Shown here piece after piece: positions 28,345-37,040 of a stretch of DNA of 43,624 bases (within the stretch, counting starts at the first letter, position 1; each line of letters opens with the position of its first letter). The translations under genes were made by a program, and so were the position numbers. The notes under the pieces were generated by a model that was not told the origin of the DNA, did no database searches, and was given only the letters and a program-made list of their open reading frames with translations. The DNA is from Syntrophomonadaceae bacterium (lineage in GTDB: Bacteria; Bacillota; Dethiobacteria; DTU022), in NCBI GenBank assembly GCA_007119615.1, contig SKPH01000006.1, positions 1-43,624 of the forward strand. Reading direction: 5' to 3'.

Positions 28345-28980
28345 TTAAACCGATCTGAATTTGCTAATTACGCTATTCAGGGTTTCATCGGCAATTTTGC
28401 CGCCTTCCTCGATCAGCTGATCCATTTCTGCTGTTGTTTCATTTATAAAATTTTCATCTTTTATTGCGCCCAGGTTGATCAATACATTCAACTGGCCGCT
28501 GATCAGGGCTGCTTTTAAAAAAGCGACTCCGCAGCCGACATCAGAAATAGCAAGTTTTGTTCCAATCTGGCCCATCCGTTCATGGATCTTAATTCCCTGG
28601 TAAGCTTTTCGCATAATCTCCATCGGAACGGAGCATGCTTCTATTGAGCATTCTTCCATAACTTTTGCCTTGTGTTCGGCCTGGTCGGGTGTGTCTTTCG
28701 GCAGGCCGTACGCTTTTGAAAGCGGTTCAAATACCTCTGCATCCCTGTCGATTAATTTCTTGAGATCTTCGATAATCTGGTTACCCTGCTCCAGCAAGCT
28801 ATTTACTTCATCTTCAACATCGGCAAATTTCTTTTTCCCTACGGTCAGGTTGCCGACCATATTCGACAGGGCCATACCGATAGCGCCGCCCATTGCGGCC
28901 GCCCCGCCTCCCCCGGGAACCGGGGCTTTCGAAGCCAGAACATCGAGAAAGTAACTGCAGCTTTTGTCTGCCATTGCCAT
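28345..28980 (-). CDS. fchA: methenyltetrahydrofolate cyclohydrolase (FTCD_C / cyclodeaminase family)
   Basis: LASKAPVPGGGGAAA, MVGNLTVGKK, D...F, AYGLPK, ISDVG, NVLINL. ATG 28980 behind GAAGGAGG; adjacent to folD. Confidence 0.88.
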   Translation of the reverse strand: MAMADKSCSYFLDVLASKAPVPGGGGAAAMGGAIGMALSNMVGNLTVGKKKFADVEDEVNSLLEQGNQIIEDLKKLIDRDAEVFEPLSKAYGLPKDTPDQAEHKAKVMEECSIEACSVPMEIMRKAYQGIKIHERMGQIGTKLAISDVGCGVAFLKAALISGQLNVLINLGAIKDENFINETTAEMDQLIEEGGKIADETLNSVISKFRSV

Positions 28981-29085
28981 AATAGAACCCTCCTTCAGCA
29001 TTTTCGATCCCGGATGCCTGAATTCAGAAGGCGTAATTATCAGCCTTCCGGAAACATCCGTTATATATAAAAGCTTTTACAGCTT

Positions 29086-29970
29086 CTACCTCGTCCGGTA
29101 GATCATTTTGTTTGCCAGTTCCTTTAACAGCCCGGAAGGGCGATCAAGTTTATCCAGCGCCGATACAGCATCGATATATAACGCTTCGGCTCTTCTTCGG
29201 GCTTCTTCAGAACCAAGCAGGGCCGGATAGGTAGCTTTGGACAGGATCTGGTCTGCACCGGCCGGCTTGCCAAGCTCCGCTGTTGTGCTTTCGTAATCGA
29301 GCAGATCATCGATAATCTGGAAAGCAGGCCCGATCCTGGAAGCATAAGCATTCAGGACTTTGATTTGTTTTTCGGAAGCGTTCGCCGCGATCGCGCCGCA
29401 CACTACTGCAGCTCGCAGTAGTGCTCCTGTCTTCATTATTGCGATTTTGTCAACCTGGGCGGCATCCAGGGCAGCTCCTTCGGCTTCAAGGTCGAGGACC
29501 TGTCCACCGATCATCCCTTCCACTCCCGCCGCTCCGGCCAGCTCGCCCGTGATCCGGATCGCCCGTTTCTCCCTGCCTGCCCGGGAACCGTAGCAGGCTA
29601 TTGTTTCAAAAGCGAGGGTAAGCAGGGCATCTCCGGCCAAAATGGCTACCGCTTCACCGTAAACACGGTGGCAAGCCGGTTTACCGCGTCTCAGATCGCT
29701 GTTGTCCATTGCCGGCAGATCATCGTGAATCAGGGAGTAGGTATGTATATATTCCAGGGCACAGGCAACATCAATTATCGATTCGTCTTCCGCCCCAAGG
29801 GTCTCGGCAACGGCAAGCGCCAGGATGGGCCTGAGCCTTTTGCCGCCTGCTTCCAGGCTGTAACGCATTGCATCAACAACTGCAGCAGGGGCGGACCGAG
29901 GCATTCTTTCTGCCAGGGCCCGATCAATCTTAGCTTTTTCCTGCTCCAGGTATTTCCCGATTTCAATCAT
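29086..29970 (-). CDS. ispA: farnesyl/geranyl diphosphate synthase
   Basis: GGKRLRP, HTYSLIHDDLPAMD..D.RRG, AILAGDALL, GQ.LD, KTGALL, FQIIDDLLD, K.TYP. Confidence 0.95.
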   Translation of the reverse strand: MIEIGKYLEQEKAKIDRALAERMPRSAPAAVVDAMRYSLEAGGKRLRPILALAVAETLGAEDESIIDVACALEYIHTYSLIHDDLPAMDNSDLRRGKPACHRVYGEAVAILAGDALLTLAFETIACYGSRAGREKRAIRITGELAGAAGVEGMIGGQVLDLEAEGAALDAAQVDKIAIMKTGALLRAAVVCGAIAANASEKQIKVLNAYASRIGPAFQIIDDLLDYESTTAELGKPAGADQILSKATYPALLGSEEARRRAEALYIDAVSALDKLDRPSGLLKELANKMIYRTR

Positions 29971-30236
29971 GAATCGTCTTCCCCAATCTCTTCTTCCGGT
30001 TCTTCGTAAATATCCTGTTCAAAAGGCTGCCGATCTTCTTTAAGTAAATATTCAACCCTGTACTCAATTTCAGCCAGCTTTTCACGGCAATAACGGGAAA
30101 GGGCAATGCCTTCCTGGAAAGCGGAAAGTGATTCTTCCAGGGGTATCTCGGTATCTTCAAGGCGGTTGACCAGCTCCTCCAACCTCGCAATCGCTTCTTC
30201 GTAAGTCATCTTCTCAATTTTTTTATTCGCCACCAA
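29967..30236 (-). CDS. xseB: exodeoxyribonuclease VII small subunit
   Basis: TYEEAIARLEELVNRLE..EIPLEESL..FQEG..L...C...L; between xseA and ispA. Confidence 0.93.
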   Translation of the reverse strand: MVANKKIEKMTYEEAIARLEELVNRLEDTEIPLEESLSAFQEGIALSRYCREKLAEIEYRVEYLLKEDRQPFEQDIYEEPEEEIGEDDS

Positions 30237-31449
30237 TTACGCCCTCCTCAACTTTCTCCGTACGGCAGTAAGCCCGCCCGTCCCTGAAGCTAAGCTGAAG
30301 CAGGCGGCCCAAACGGACATCATGTACCGAGCGGATTATATTCCCCTCTTCATCCCGGCAGTAGCTGTATCCCCGTTTCATAACCTTTAGAGGGCTGTAG
30401 CCTTCCAGCTTGTCTGTCTGAGCAGACAACTTCATTCCTTTATACTGCAAGACCCGGACAATCTCACGGCGCAATTTAACATCCAGCTGCTTCAACTGTT
30501 CCCCGGAAAATTTCAGGCGTTTTCCGGGCAGGCGAAAAAACCGTTCGCTGACAACATGATCGAGTTTCTGCTTTTCCTGCTGGTTCCGTCTTTTAAGCGC
30601 CGTGGCCGCTCGCTCCCGCAGGCGGTCCAGCTTAAGGAGCAGTTCTCCTTGATCCGGAACAGCCACCGCCGCTCCGGCTGTAGGAGTCGGAGCTCTTAAA
30701 TCAGCGGTAAAGTCGGCAATGGTAAAATCAGTTTCATGCCCCACAGCAGATATTATTGGTAATTCAGACCGGTAAATAGCCCTGGCCACAGCTTCTTCAT
30801 TAAAAGGCCACAAGTCTTCAAGTGAACCGCCCCCGCGGGCCAGGATAATCAGGTCGATATCGCTGCGCCGGTTAAGCAGATCCAAACTCGTGATAATATC
30901 CGATGCCGCTCCGGCACCCTGAACCAGGCTTTCCACCACCAGCAGATGAATATGGGGAAACCTTTTTTTTATTGTAGTCAGCATATCCTGCAGAGCGGCG
31001 CCAGTCGGTGAGGTCACAAGGGCAATTTTTCGGGGCAGCAACGGGATCGCTTTTTTGGTTTCTGCCTTAAAAAGGCCTTCAGCTTCAAGCTTTTTTTTCA
31101 GCTGCTCAAAAGCAAGAAAAAGCGAACCCATTCCGGCCGGTTCCATCTCTACAACATAAAGCTGATAAACACCGTCGGGTTCATAAACCGAAATATTGCC
31201 GTGAAGAATCACTTCCATCCCATCTTCCGGTTTAAACGGACAGCGTGCGTTATCACGGCGGAAAAAAACACAACGCAATGCGGAAGAGCTATCCTTGAGG
31301 GTAAAATACATGTGCCCCGATCGATGGTGTTTGAAATTTGACAGCTCCCCGGCCACCCGCAGATCCCTCAGGCGGGGATCACCGTGAATTAAACCCTTGA
31401 TGTAGCGGTTTATTTCAGAAACTTTTAAAACTTGAAGGTTGTTTTGCAT
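30223..31449 (-). CDS. xseA: exodeoxyribonuclease VII large subunit
   Basis: GELSNF..SGHMYFTLKD, TSPTGAALQD, VQG, RGGGSLEDLWPFNEE, SAVGHETD, APTPTA, RGYS. Confidence 0.96.
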   Translation of the reverse strand: MQNNLQVLKVSEINRYIKGLIHGDPRLRDLRVAGELSNFKHHRSGHMYFTLKDSSSALRCVFFRRDNARCPFKPEDGMEVILHGNISVYEPDGVYQLYVVEMEPAGMGSLFLAFEQLKKKLEAEGLFKAETKKAIPLLPRKIALVTSPTGAALQDMLTTIKKRFPHIHLLVVESLVQGAGAASDIITSLDLLNRRSDIDLIILARGGGSLEDLWPFNEEAVARAIYRSELPIISAVGHETDFTIADFTADLRAPTPTAGAAVAVPDQGELLLKLDRLRERAATALKRRNQQEKQKLDHVVSERFFRLPGKRLKFSGEQLKQLDVKLRREIVRVLQYKGMKLSAQTDKLEGYSPLKVMKRGYSYCRDEEGNIIRSVHDVRLGRLLQLSFRDGRAYCRTEKVEEGVIGGE

Positions 31450-31492
31450 ATTGGCGATAATCTTAAGCCGGTTAAAACTGTTTTTAACAGCT

Positions 31493-33520
31493 TCAAACCA
31501 GGCCTTTCATCTCCTCCCGGACATCTTCCAGCGAATTATAGCTCCACCTTGCTCCCATCGCATCAGCCAGATCCAAAATAAACCGCCAGTCCGGCGTAAG
31601 ATTTTCACCGGTCGGCAGGGCGGCCTTGTTTAAGCGGGTCTGGGCGGAAGAATTCGTAAATAAGCCCTCTTTGGAAATTATATCCTGGGCGGGAAATATC
31701 AGATCGGCTCCGCCGGGAATTTCTTCTTCATCGCCGCATACCGCTGCCAGGAATTCAATTCCCGCCTTCTTTTGATCAGCGTAGACTTTACCGAAAGATA
31801 AAAGGCCTTTAACTTTCCCACTTTCGGCGGCAGCAAGTATATCTTCCCTGGCCATTCCGCTCGCGCCGTTAAGAACCGCAAAGCCGGGACCGTAAAAGGG
31901 AGTTCCTCCCGCGGCCAGAACGCCAACTGCGTTACTGTATTTGGAGAGCAGCAATAAGTTACTGCAGCCCTGCTCTATCTGCCCGCCGGTAACAGCCAGT
32001 TTCAGGAGCATATCAACAGACTGGTCGGATGCAGATTCAAAAAACGATGAACCGGCCACTATATAGCTGTTCGGGCCGGAGAGCAGCTTGGCGGCGGCCC
32101 GGAGATTGTCATCGCTAATCCCGCTTAATGAAACTGATCCGGTTTCTTCATCTCCGTTTTGGAGGGCAACGAGCGCCTCCATAAATGCAAATTCACCGTT
32201 ATTTTCTGTGGTATAGATTATCTCTTTCCAGGCCGAATTTTCTCTTTCGGTTTCAGCAGGCCTGATAATAACCGCATCGCCAAATCTCCCGGAATGATCT
32301 ACCGCCATGGCGGCAACCGGGTGGCTCTCATCTATTTCTCTTCCCAGGACAAGGATTGTTTCGGCATTACTGAGGGCGTACGGGGTGGGGCAGGCAATAC
32401 CGGTTCCTGTGATATCCTGCATGCCCGTAAATGCTTTAACCCAGGCCGGTTCAGCCCCCAGATCTATATTGGCGGTGCCCAGGACGGTTCTGGCAAATTT
32501 TTGAGCCAGGTAAATTTCTTCGCTGCTGAGCTTTCCCGATCCCAGTACAGCCAGTGCATCCGGACCAAAATCTTCCTTAATTTTCAGCAGGACATCAGCC
32601 GCTTTCCGGATTGCCTGATCATAAGTTACTTCTTCATAACCTGAACCGTCTGTTTTAAATTTCATCACTGCAGTAATCAGTTTTGCTGCATCTTCACGAA
32701 TAAACCCGAACTTGCCTCTCTTGCAGAGCCAGCTTACACTGTCCCCTTCCCTGGGAACCGTAACCCTGATCATATCGTCGCCGGAAAGCTGCCTCTCCAG
32801 GTAACAGCCTACCGAGCACTCAGTACAAATACCGGGAACACAGGAAAGTTCCCACTCCCTGCCTCCGGCGCTGCGAGTCTTTTCGGTAAGCGCTGCAACA
32901 GGGCAGACATCTACGCATTGTCCGCACATCACGCAGCCGGCTTCTTCCATGGTTACTTCCTTTCCGTCGCGGCAGGGTATAACCCTGGTATTGACCCCGT
33001 TGCCGGTCAGGCTGTAAACGAAGGCCCCTGGACCGGTCCGGCAGATCTGCAGACACCGGCCGCATAGAATACATTTTTCCTCATCACGGACGATATATGG
33101 GTTATCGGAGAATGTCCCAGCGGGAATATCCCTGGGGATCTGGTCAGGCAGATTTGACTGGAACCTGTAAGCGTTTTCCTGCAGTTCGCAGGTTCCGGTT
33201 CTCACGCAAGTCAGGCAGTCTTTGTATGGATGAGTAGCCAGGGACAGCTCCAGGATCTTGCAGCGCATCTCCTGTAATTCCGGTGTGTCGGTTGTTACAA
33301 TCATTTCTTCTTTCACCGGATTGTCGCAGGAAGTGACCGGGCGCTCCATTCCACTGATTTTAACTATACAGATCCGGCAGTGCCCGAGCGGTTCCAGCCT
33401 GGGATGATAGCAAAGGGTGGGAATGGTAATTCCGTTTTGCCGAGCTGCTTCCAGGATTGTTGTGCCCTCATCGGCAAATATTTTTTTACCGTCAATTGTT
33501 AAACTAATGGTTTTTATCAT
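31493..33520 (-). CDS. SfrA/NuoG/FdhA-like Fe-S protein with a degenerate molybdopterin-oxidoreductase fold
   Basis: [2Fe-2S] motif (PTLC..CRIC..SC), H-x3-C-x2-C-x5-C, 2x[4Fe-4S] (CILCGRCLQIC; CVMCGQCVDVCP), CTECSVGC..LCKRG. The FDH catalytic loop (NxDxCARx[U/C]H) is replaced by NIDLGAEPAW, and the protein ends without the C-terminal molybdopterin-binding domain. Confidence 0.75.
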   Translation of the reverse strand: MIKTISLTIDGKKIFADEGTTILEAARQNGITIPTLCYHPRLEPLGHCRICIVKISGMERPVTSCDNPVKEEMIVTTDTPELQEMRCKILELSLATHPYKDCLTCVRTGTCELQENAYRFQSNLPDQIPRDIPAGTFSDNPYIVRDEEKCILCGRCLQICRTGPGAFVYSLTGNGVNTRVIPCRDGKEVTMEEAGCVMCGQCVDVCPVAALTEKTRSAGGREWELSCVPGICTECSVGCYLERQLSGDDMIRVTVPREGDSVSWLCKRGKFGFIREDAAKLITAVMKFKTDGSGYEEVTYDQAIRKAADVLLKIKEDFGPDALAVLGSGKLSSEEIYLAQKFARTVLGTANIDLGAEPAWVKAFTGMQDITGTGIACPTPYALSNAETILVLGREIDESHPVAAMAVDHSGRFGDAVIIRPAETERENSAWKEIIYTTENNGEFAFMEALVALQNGDEETGSVSLSGISDDNLRAAAKLLSGPNSYIVAGSSFFESASDQSVDMLLKLAVTGGQIEQGCSNLLLLSKYSNAVGVLAAGGTPFYGPGFAVLNGASGMAREDILAAAESGKVKGLLSFGKVYADQKKAGIEFLAAVCGDEEEIPGGADLIFPAQDIISKEGLFTNSSAQTRLNKAALPTGENLTPDWRFILDLADAMGARWSYNSLEDVREEMKGLV

Positions 33521-33536
33521 CTTTTCCCCTCCCCCT

Positions 33537-35498
33537 TTAAGATATGATCAGGCCCAGACGCAGGCACTTGAAACATCTTTCGGTTTCCTTAACGACAGAT
33601 GAAGGGCACTTGAATCCCAACTCGGCCTCATCGAATCCGCGCACTCTTTCATCCACCGGGCTGACCTCTTCCTCCAGCCTTTCTCTTCCTCCGATCATTT
33701 CCGGTACTGTAAGTTCATTATAAACACCTAATTTTTCAAGGTGTTTCTCCATTTCGAACTGCCCACCGACAGAACTTTTTCCTTTTCGGAGGTAGCTGTC
33801 GATTGCTTCGGCAGCACGATTGGCCGATGCAATCGCTTCAATAACAGTCCGGGCGCCCAAAACGGCATCTCCCCCGGCAAATATTCCGGGCTTATCCGCC
33901 GCCATAGTTTCTTCATCGACAGCCAGGGTGCCCCATTTGGTAACATCCATACCGCAACCTTCGTTAAGGTAGCAAAAATCAGCAACCTGGCCGATTGCCG
34001 GTATCGCTGTATCCACCTTAAGAACAAATTCCGACCCGTCCAGGGGCACCGGCCTACGGCGGCCGCTGGCATCCGGCTCCCCCAGTTTCATCCTGATACA
34101 TTCCATACCGCTGACTGTGCCTTTTTCCTCGAGGATACAGACGGGATTAGCTAAAAGGTGGAACCTGATACCTTCCTCTTCGGCCGCATCAACTTCCGCC
34201 TTGCTGGCGGGCATTTCCGTCCTGCTGCGGCGATAGATTAAATGGACCTCCTTGACCCCAAGACGAACAGCGGAACGGGCGCAATCCATCGCTACGTTTC
34301 CGCCGCCGATCACAGCAACGCTTTCGCCAAGATCCACTTCCTCTCCGAGATTGACCTTGCGCAGGAATTCGATGCCCGGCATATAACCGTAATAGCAGGC
34401 ATCCTCCCCTTCGCAGCCAAGGGTGGAGCTTTTATGAAGGCCGCTGGCGATAAAGATCGCCTTATAGCCCTGCTCCCAGATCTGATCCAGTGTAATATCT
34501 TCACCCACCCGGGTGTTATATTTAATTTCCACGCCCAGGCTGGTAACCAGCTCAACTTCGGCGTTCAGAATATCACGCGGTAGTCGGTAACTTGGAATAC
34601 CGACAGCAAGCATGCCGCCCGCAACAGGCAGTTCTTCAAATATCGTAACATTATAACCTTTCAAGGCAAGCTGATATCCTGCATTCAGACCGGCCGGGCC
34701 GGCTCCTACTATCGCCACTTTGTCCGCATCCGGTAGGGGTTTAGGGTAATCTCTCTTACTGTCGTTATCGGTGCCGGCAACGAAATCGGCAGCAAAACGT
34801 TTTAAAAGCCGAATTGATATTGACTCGTCATACGGCTGCCGGTTGCAATTCGATTCGCAGGGATGCACGCAAACCCGTCCCAGGGTTCCGACCAGGGGTG
34901 TTTTCTCCCGGTTAACAGCAACAGCTTCCTCGTAGTTACCTTCCCTGATGCATTCAATGTATTTGGGAATATTAATATGTGCGGGGCATCCGTTGCGACA
35001 TGGCGCAGTCAGGATGGGTCGATACTGATCGGTTTTTCCAACTGCAGGCCTGTTGCCGTTCAAACATGCTTTGAAATCTTCCTTAAAATGTTCAAGGGCA
35101 TGCAGCAGGGGTAGCGGTGAAGAAACTCCCAGTTCGCAGAGTGAACCGTCTCTAATCAGCACCGCTAGCTCACCTAGGAATTCAAGGTCTTGCCCGGTCC
35201 CTTTTCCTGAAATTAAGTTTTCCAGGCGATCGGAGATTACTTTACTTCCTGCCCTGCAGGGAATACAGCGGCCACAGGACTCGTTCTGGACACAACTGTA
35301 AAATTCTTTTAACGCTCCGATCAGATCTACTTCAGGATCGACAATAACCAGCCCTGCCCATCCGATCATCGCTTTCAGGTCTCCACTGCCAAACTTTGCC
35401 GGAAGATCCAGTTCTTCAAGATCGGTGCGTTGATCCAAATCTTTATCCCGTTCGTCAACTATTTTTCCATTCCAGCTGCTAAAAAATACCTTGGCCAT
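33537..35498 (-). CDS. SfrB/FdhB-like NAD(P)H-binding Fe-S flavoprotein (NuoF-type Fe-S domain + GltD/SudA-like domain)
   Basis: N-terminus MAKVFFSSWNG, ESCGRCIPCR..SLCELG, APCRNGCP, GRVCVHPCE..C.R, GAGPAG, GGGNVAMDCAR, YRRS, FAGGD, ERCFKC. Confidence 0.82.
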   Translation of the reverse strand: MAKVFFSSWNGKIVDERDKDLDQRTDLEELDLPAKFGSGDLKAMIGWAGLVIVDPEVDLIGALKEFYSCVQNESCGRCIPCRAGSKVISDRLENLISGKGTGQDLEFLGELAVLIRDGSLCELGVSSPLPLLHALEHFKEDFKACLNGNRPAVGKTDQYRPILTAPCRNGCPAHINIPKYIECIREGNYEEAVAVNREKTPLVGTLGRVCVHPCESNCNRQPYDESISIRLLKRFAADFVAGTDNDSKRDYPKPLPDADKVAIVGAGPAGLNAGYQLALKGYNVTIFEELPVAGGMLAVGIPSYRLPRDILNAEVELVTSLGVEIKYNTRVGEDITLDQIWEQGYKAIFIASGLHKSSTLGCEGEDACYYGYMPGIEFLRKVNLGEEVDLGESVAVIGGGNVAMDCARSAVRLGVKEVHLIYRRSRTEMPASKAEVDAAEEEGIRFHLLANPVCILEEKGTVSGMECIRMKLGEPDASGRRRPVPLDGSEFVLKVDTAIPAIGQVADFCYLNEGCGMDVTKWGTLAVDEETMAADKPGIFAGGDAVLGARTVIEAIASANRAAEAIDSYLRKGKSSVGGQFEMEKHLEKLGVYNELTVPEMIGGRERLEEEVSPVDERVRGFDEAELGFKCPSSVVKETERCFKCLRLGLIIS

Positions 35499-35554
35499 TT
35501 ATCCCTCTCTCTTCCCGCTAAAATCGAAATCTTTTAATAAACAACAAGAGTAAC

Positions 35555-35581
35555 CTTCGTCATCTATTGATAAATTCCTTT
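35555..35581 (-). promoter_or_regulatory. sigma-H-like promoter upstream of the oxidoreductase pair
   Basis: AAAGGAATTT...GAAG: AGGA (35579-35576), 17 nt, GAAG (35558-35555). Confidence 0.45.
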
Positions 35582-35611
35582 CAAAGTTAAACGATACTTC
35601 GAATATTGTAG

Positions 35612-36586
35612 TTACCGTGATGTTCTGTTTTGATAAATTCGCGCAGCCTGCACTGCAAGGCCGACAGCGTTATCCGCAGCAAAACGGGGCCGGCTAAAAA
35701 AGAGTTTCAACCCGGTTATTCTTTCTTTAAGCCGCTCCCTGATAAAAAGGTTGGCCGTAACACCGCCAACTGCCAGTAGTCCTTCGTATTGATCTTCTTT
35801 TTGAATAAAGTAATTTACCGCTGCCGAAAGGGAGTCGGCAATACATATTTCAACTGCCCGGGCTAAGTCAGCCTTGCTGCAGCCCTGCTCCAACAGCCTT
35901 TCAGCGTGGCTGGCCGGACCGGAAAAACTTATTTCCGATCCCCTGACCGCAACCGGCAGCGCCAGACCCTCAGCACGGCACCCTGCTGCGATTGTTTCGA
36001 ATCCGGGGCCCGCTGGAAATGGCAGGCCCATAGCCAGTCCAAGGCGATCAATGAATTGCCCGGCATTTAAATCAGTTGTTCCTCCCAGTAAATCGAGTTT
36101 AAGGTTCCCGGGACTCTTTTCCTCTGAGGCAATAATCTCTGTCGTTCCACCGGACAGGTGAAGAACCAGGTAGCGGCCACAGGGCAGGTCTGAGGACCAT
36201 AACCCGGCCATGACATGTCCTTCCTGATGGGAGGAAGGCAAAAAAAACAGGCCCATGGTTTCGGCTAAGAACAAACCAAAGGCCTCGCTGACTTTAAATA
36301 CCGGCATATATGATCCGCTAACGGGACGGGGTTGGACCGAAGCAGCTATAGCTGTTACAGCTGCCCCTTTTAGAATCTCTGCGCTATCTTTCCAGAGGAG
36401 GGGCATATTGGCGACATGAGCGAAAACTGCTTCCGATTGGCGCAGTCCCAGGGCGCCTTCTTTAACCGGAAGGGGTATTCTGTTATCGGCAATTAGTTTT
36501 TCATCCCCATCAACCAGGGCCAGGGAAGTTGTATAGGCGGAAGTATCAAGACCCAGAAATAATGATTTTTCAGGATTCTCTTTCAA
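35612..36586 (-). CDS. TsaD/Kae1-like ASKHA-fold protein (O-sialoglycoprotein endopeptidase-like paralog)
   Basis: LGLDTSAYTTS, LRQSEAVFAH, SHQEGH (HxxxH), HLSGGTT, D.NAGQFIDRLG, VGGVTAN, DNAVG. Confidence 0.78.
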   Translation of the reverse strand: MKENPEKSLFLGLDTSAYTTSLALVDGDEKLIADNRIPLPVKEGALGLRQSEAVFAHVANMPLLWKDSAEILKGAAVTAIAASVQPRPVSGSYMPVFKVSEAFGLFLAETMGLFFLPSSHQEGHVMAGLWSSDLPCGRYLVLHLSGGTTEIIASEEKSPGNLKLDLLGGTTDLNAGQFIDRLGLAMGLPFPAGPGFETIAAGCRAEGLALPVAVRGSEISFSGPASHAERLLEQGCSKADLARAVEICIADSLSAAVNYFIQKEDQYEGLLAVGGVTANLFIRERLKERITGLKLFFSRPRFAADNAVGLAVQAARIYQNRTSR

Positions 36587-36986
36587 GCGCTTCTCCTGCC
36601 ACTCGATCTAAGATACTGTTAATGAAGCCGACTGCCTCACCGGAGCTTCCATACTTCTTGGCCAACTCGAGAGCTTCGTTTATCGAGACGGCATGGGGAA
36701 TATCAGGCTTGTAAATTATTTCATAAAGGGCTAACCGCAGCAGGTTTCGATCAACTGCGGAAATGCGATTCAACTCCCATTTAACCAGATGTTTGCTAAT
36801 TAAATTATCGAGAGTGTGGCGGTTTTCAATGGTGCCTGTTACCAGATCGCGAATGAACTGTTCCTCTTCATTTTTGAAACCAAACCCTTCGAGAGTATGC
36901 CTCAGAGCCAGCTCAACTCTGCATTTGCCGATATCAATTTGGAAAAGGGCCCTGAAAGCTACATCTCTCGCTAAACGACGGGACAA
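36570..36986 (-). CDS. nusB: transcription antitermination factor NusB
   Basis: SRRLARDVAFRALFQ, W.LNRI..VDRNLLRLA.YE, VSINEALELAKKY, FINSILD. TTG start 36986 behind GGAGGT. Confidence 0.95.
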   Translation of the reverse strand: MSRRLARDVAFRALFQIDIGKCRVELALRHTLEGFGFKNEEEQFIRDLVTGTIENRHTLDNLISKHLVKWELNRISAVDRNLLRLALYEIIYKPDIPHAVSINEALELAKKYGSSGEAVGFINSILDRVAGEALERES

Positions 36987-37040
36987 TTGGTATCTACCTC
37001 CACAATCCATTGATCAATATTTGCTCTTTAAACGGAGTAA

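Noticed and set aside
28985-29085. THF or ZTP (pfl) riboswitch upstream of fchA-folD
   Set aside because: The conserved sequence blocks of these classes are not seen; kept only as an unassigned hairpin.
31484-31495. Selenocysteine read-through of the TGA ending the FdhA-like gene
   Set aside because: An in-frame TAA follows after two more codons (TGA AGC TGT TAA), and the TGA is far from the position of the FDH catalytic Sec.
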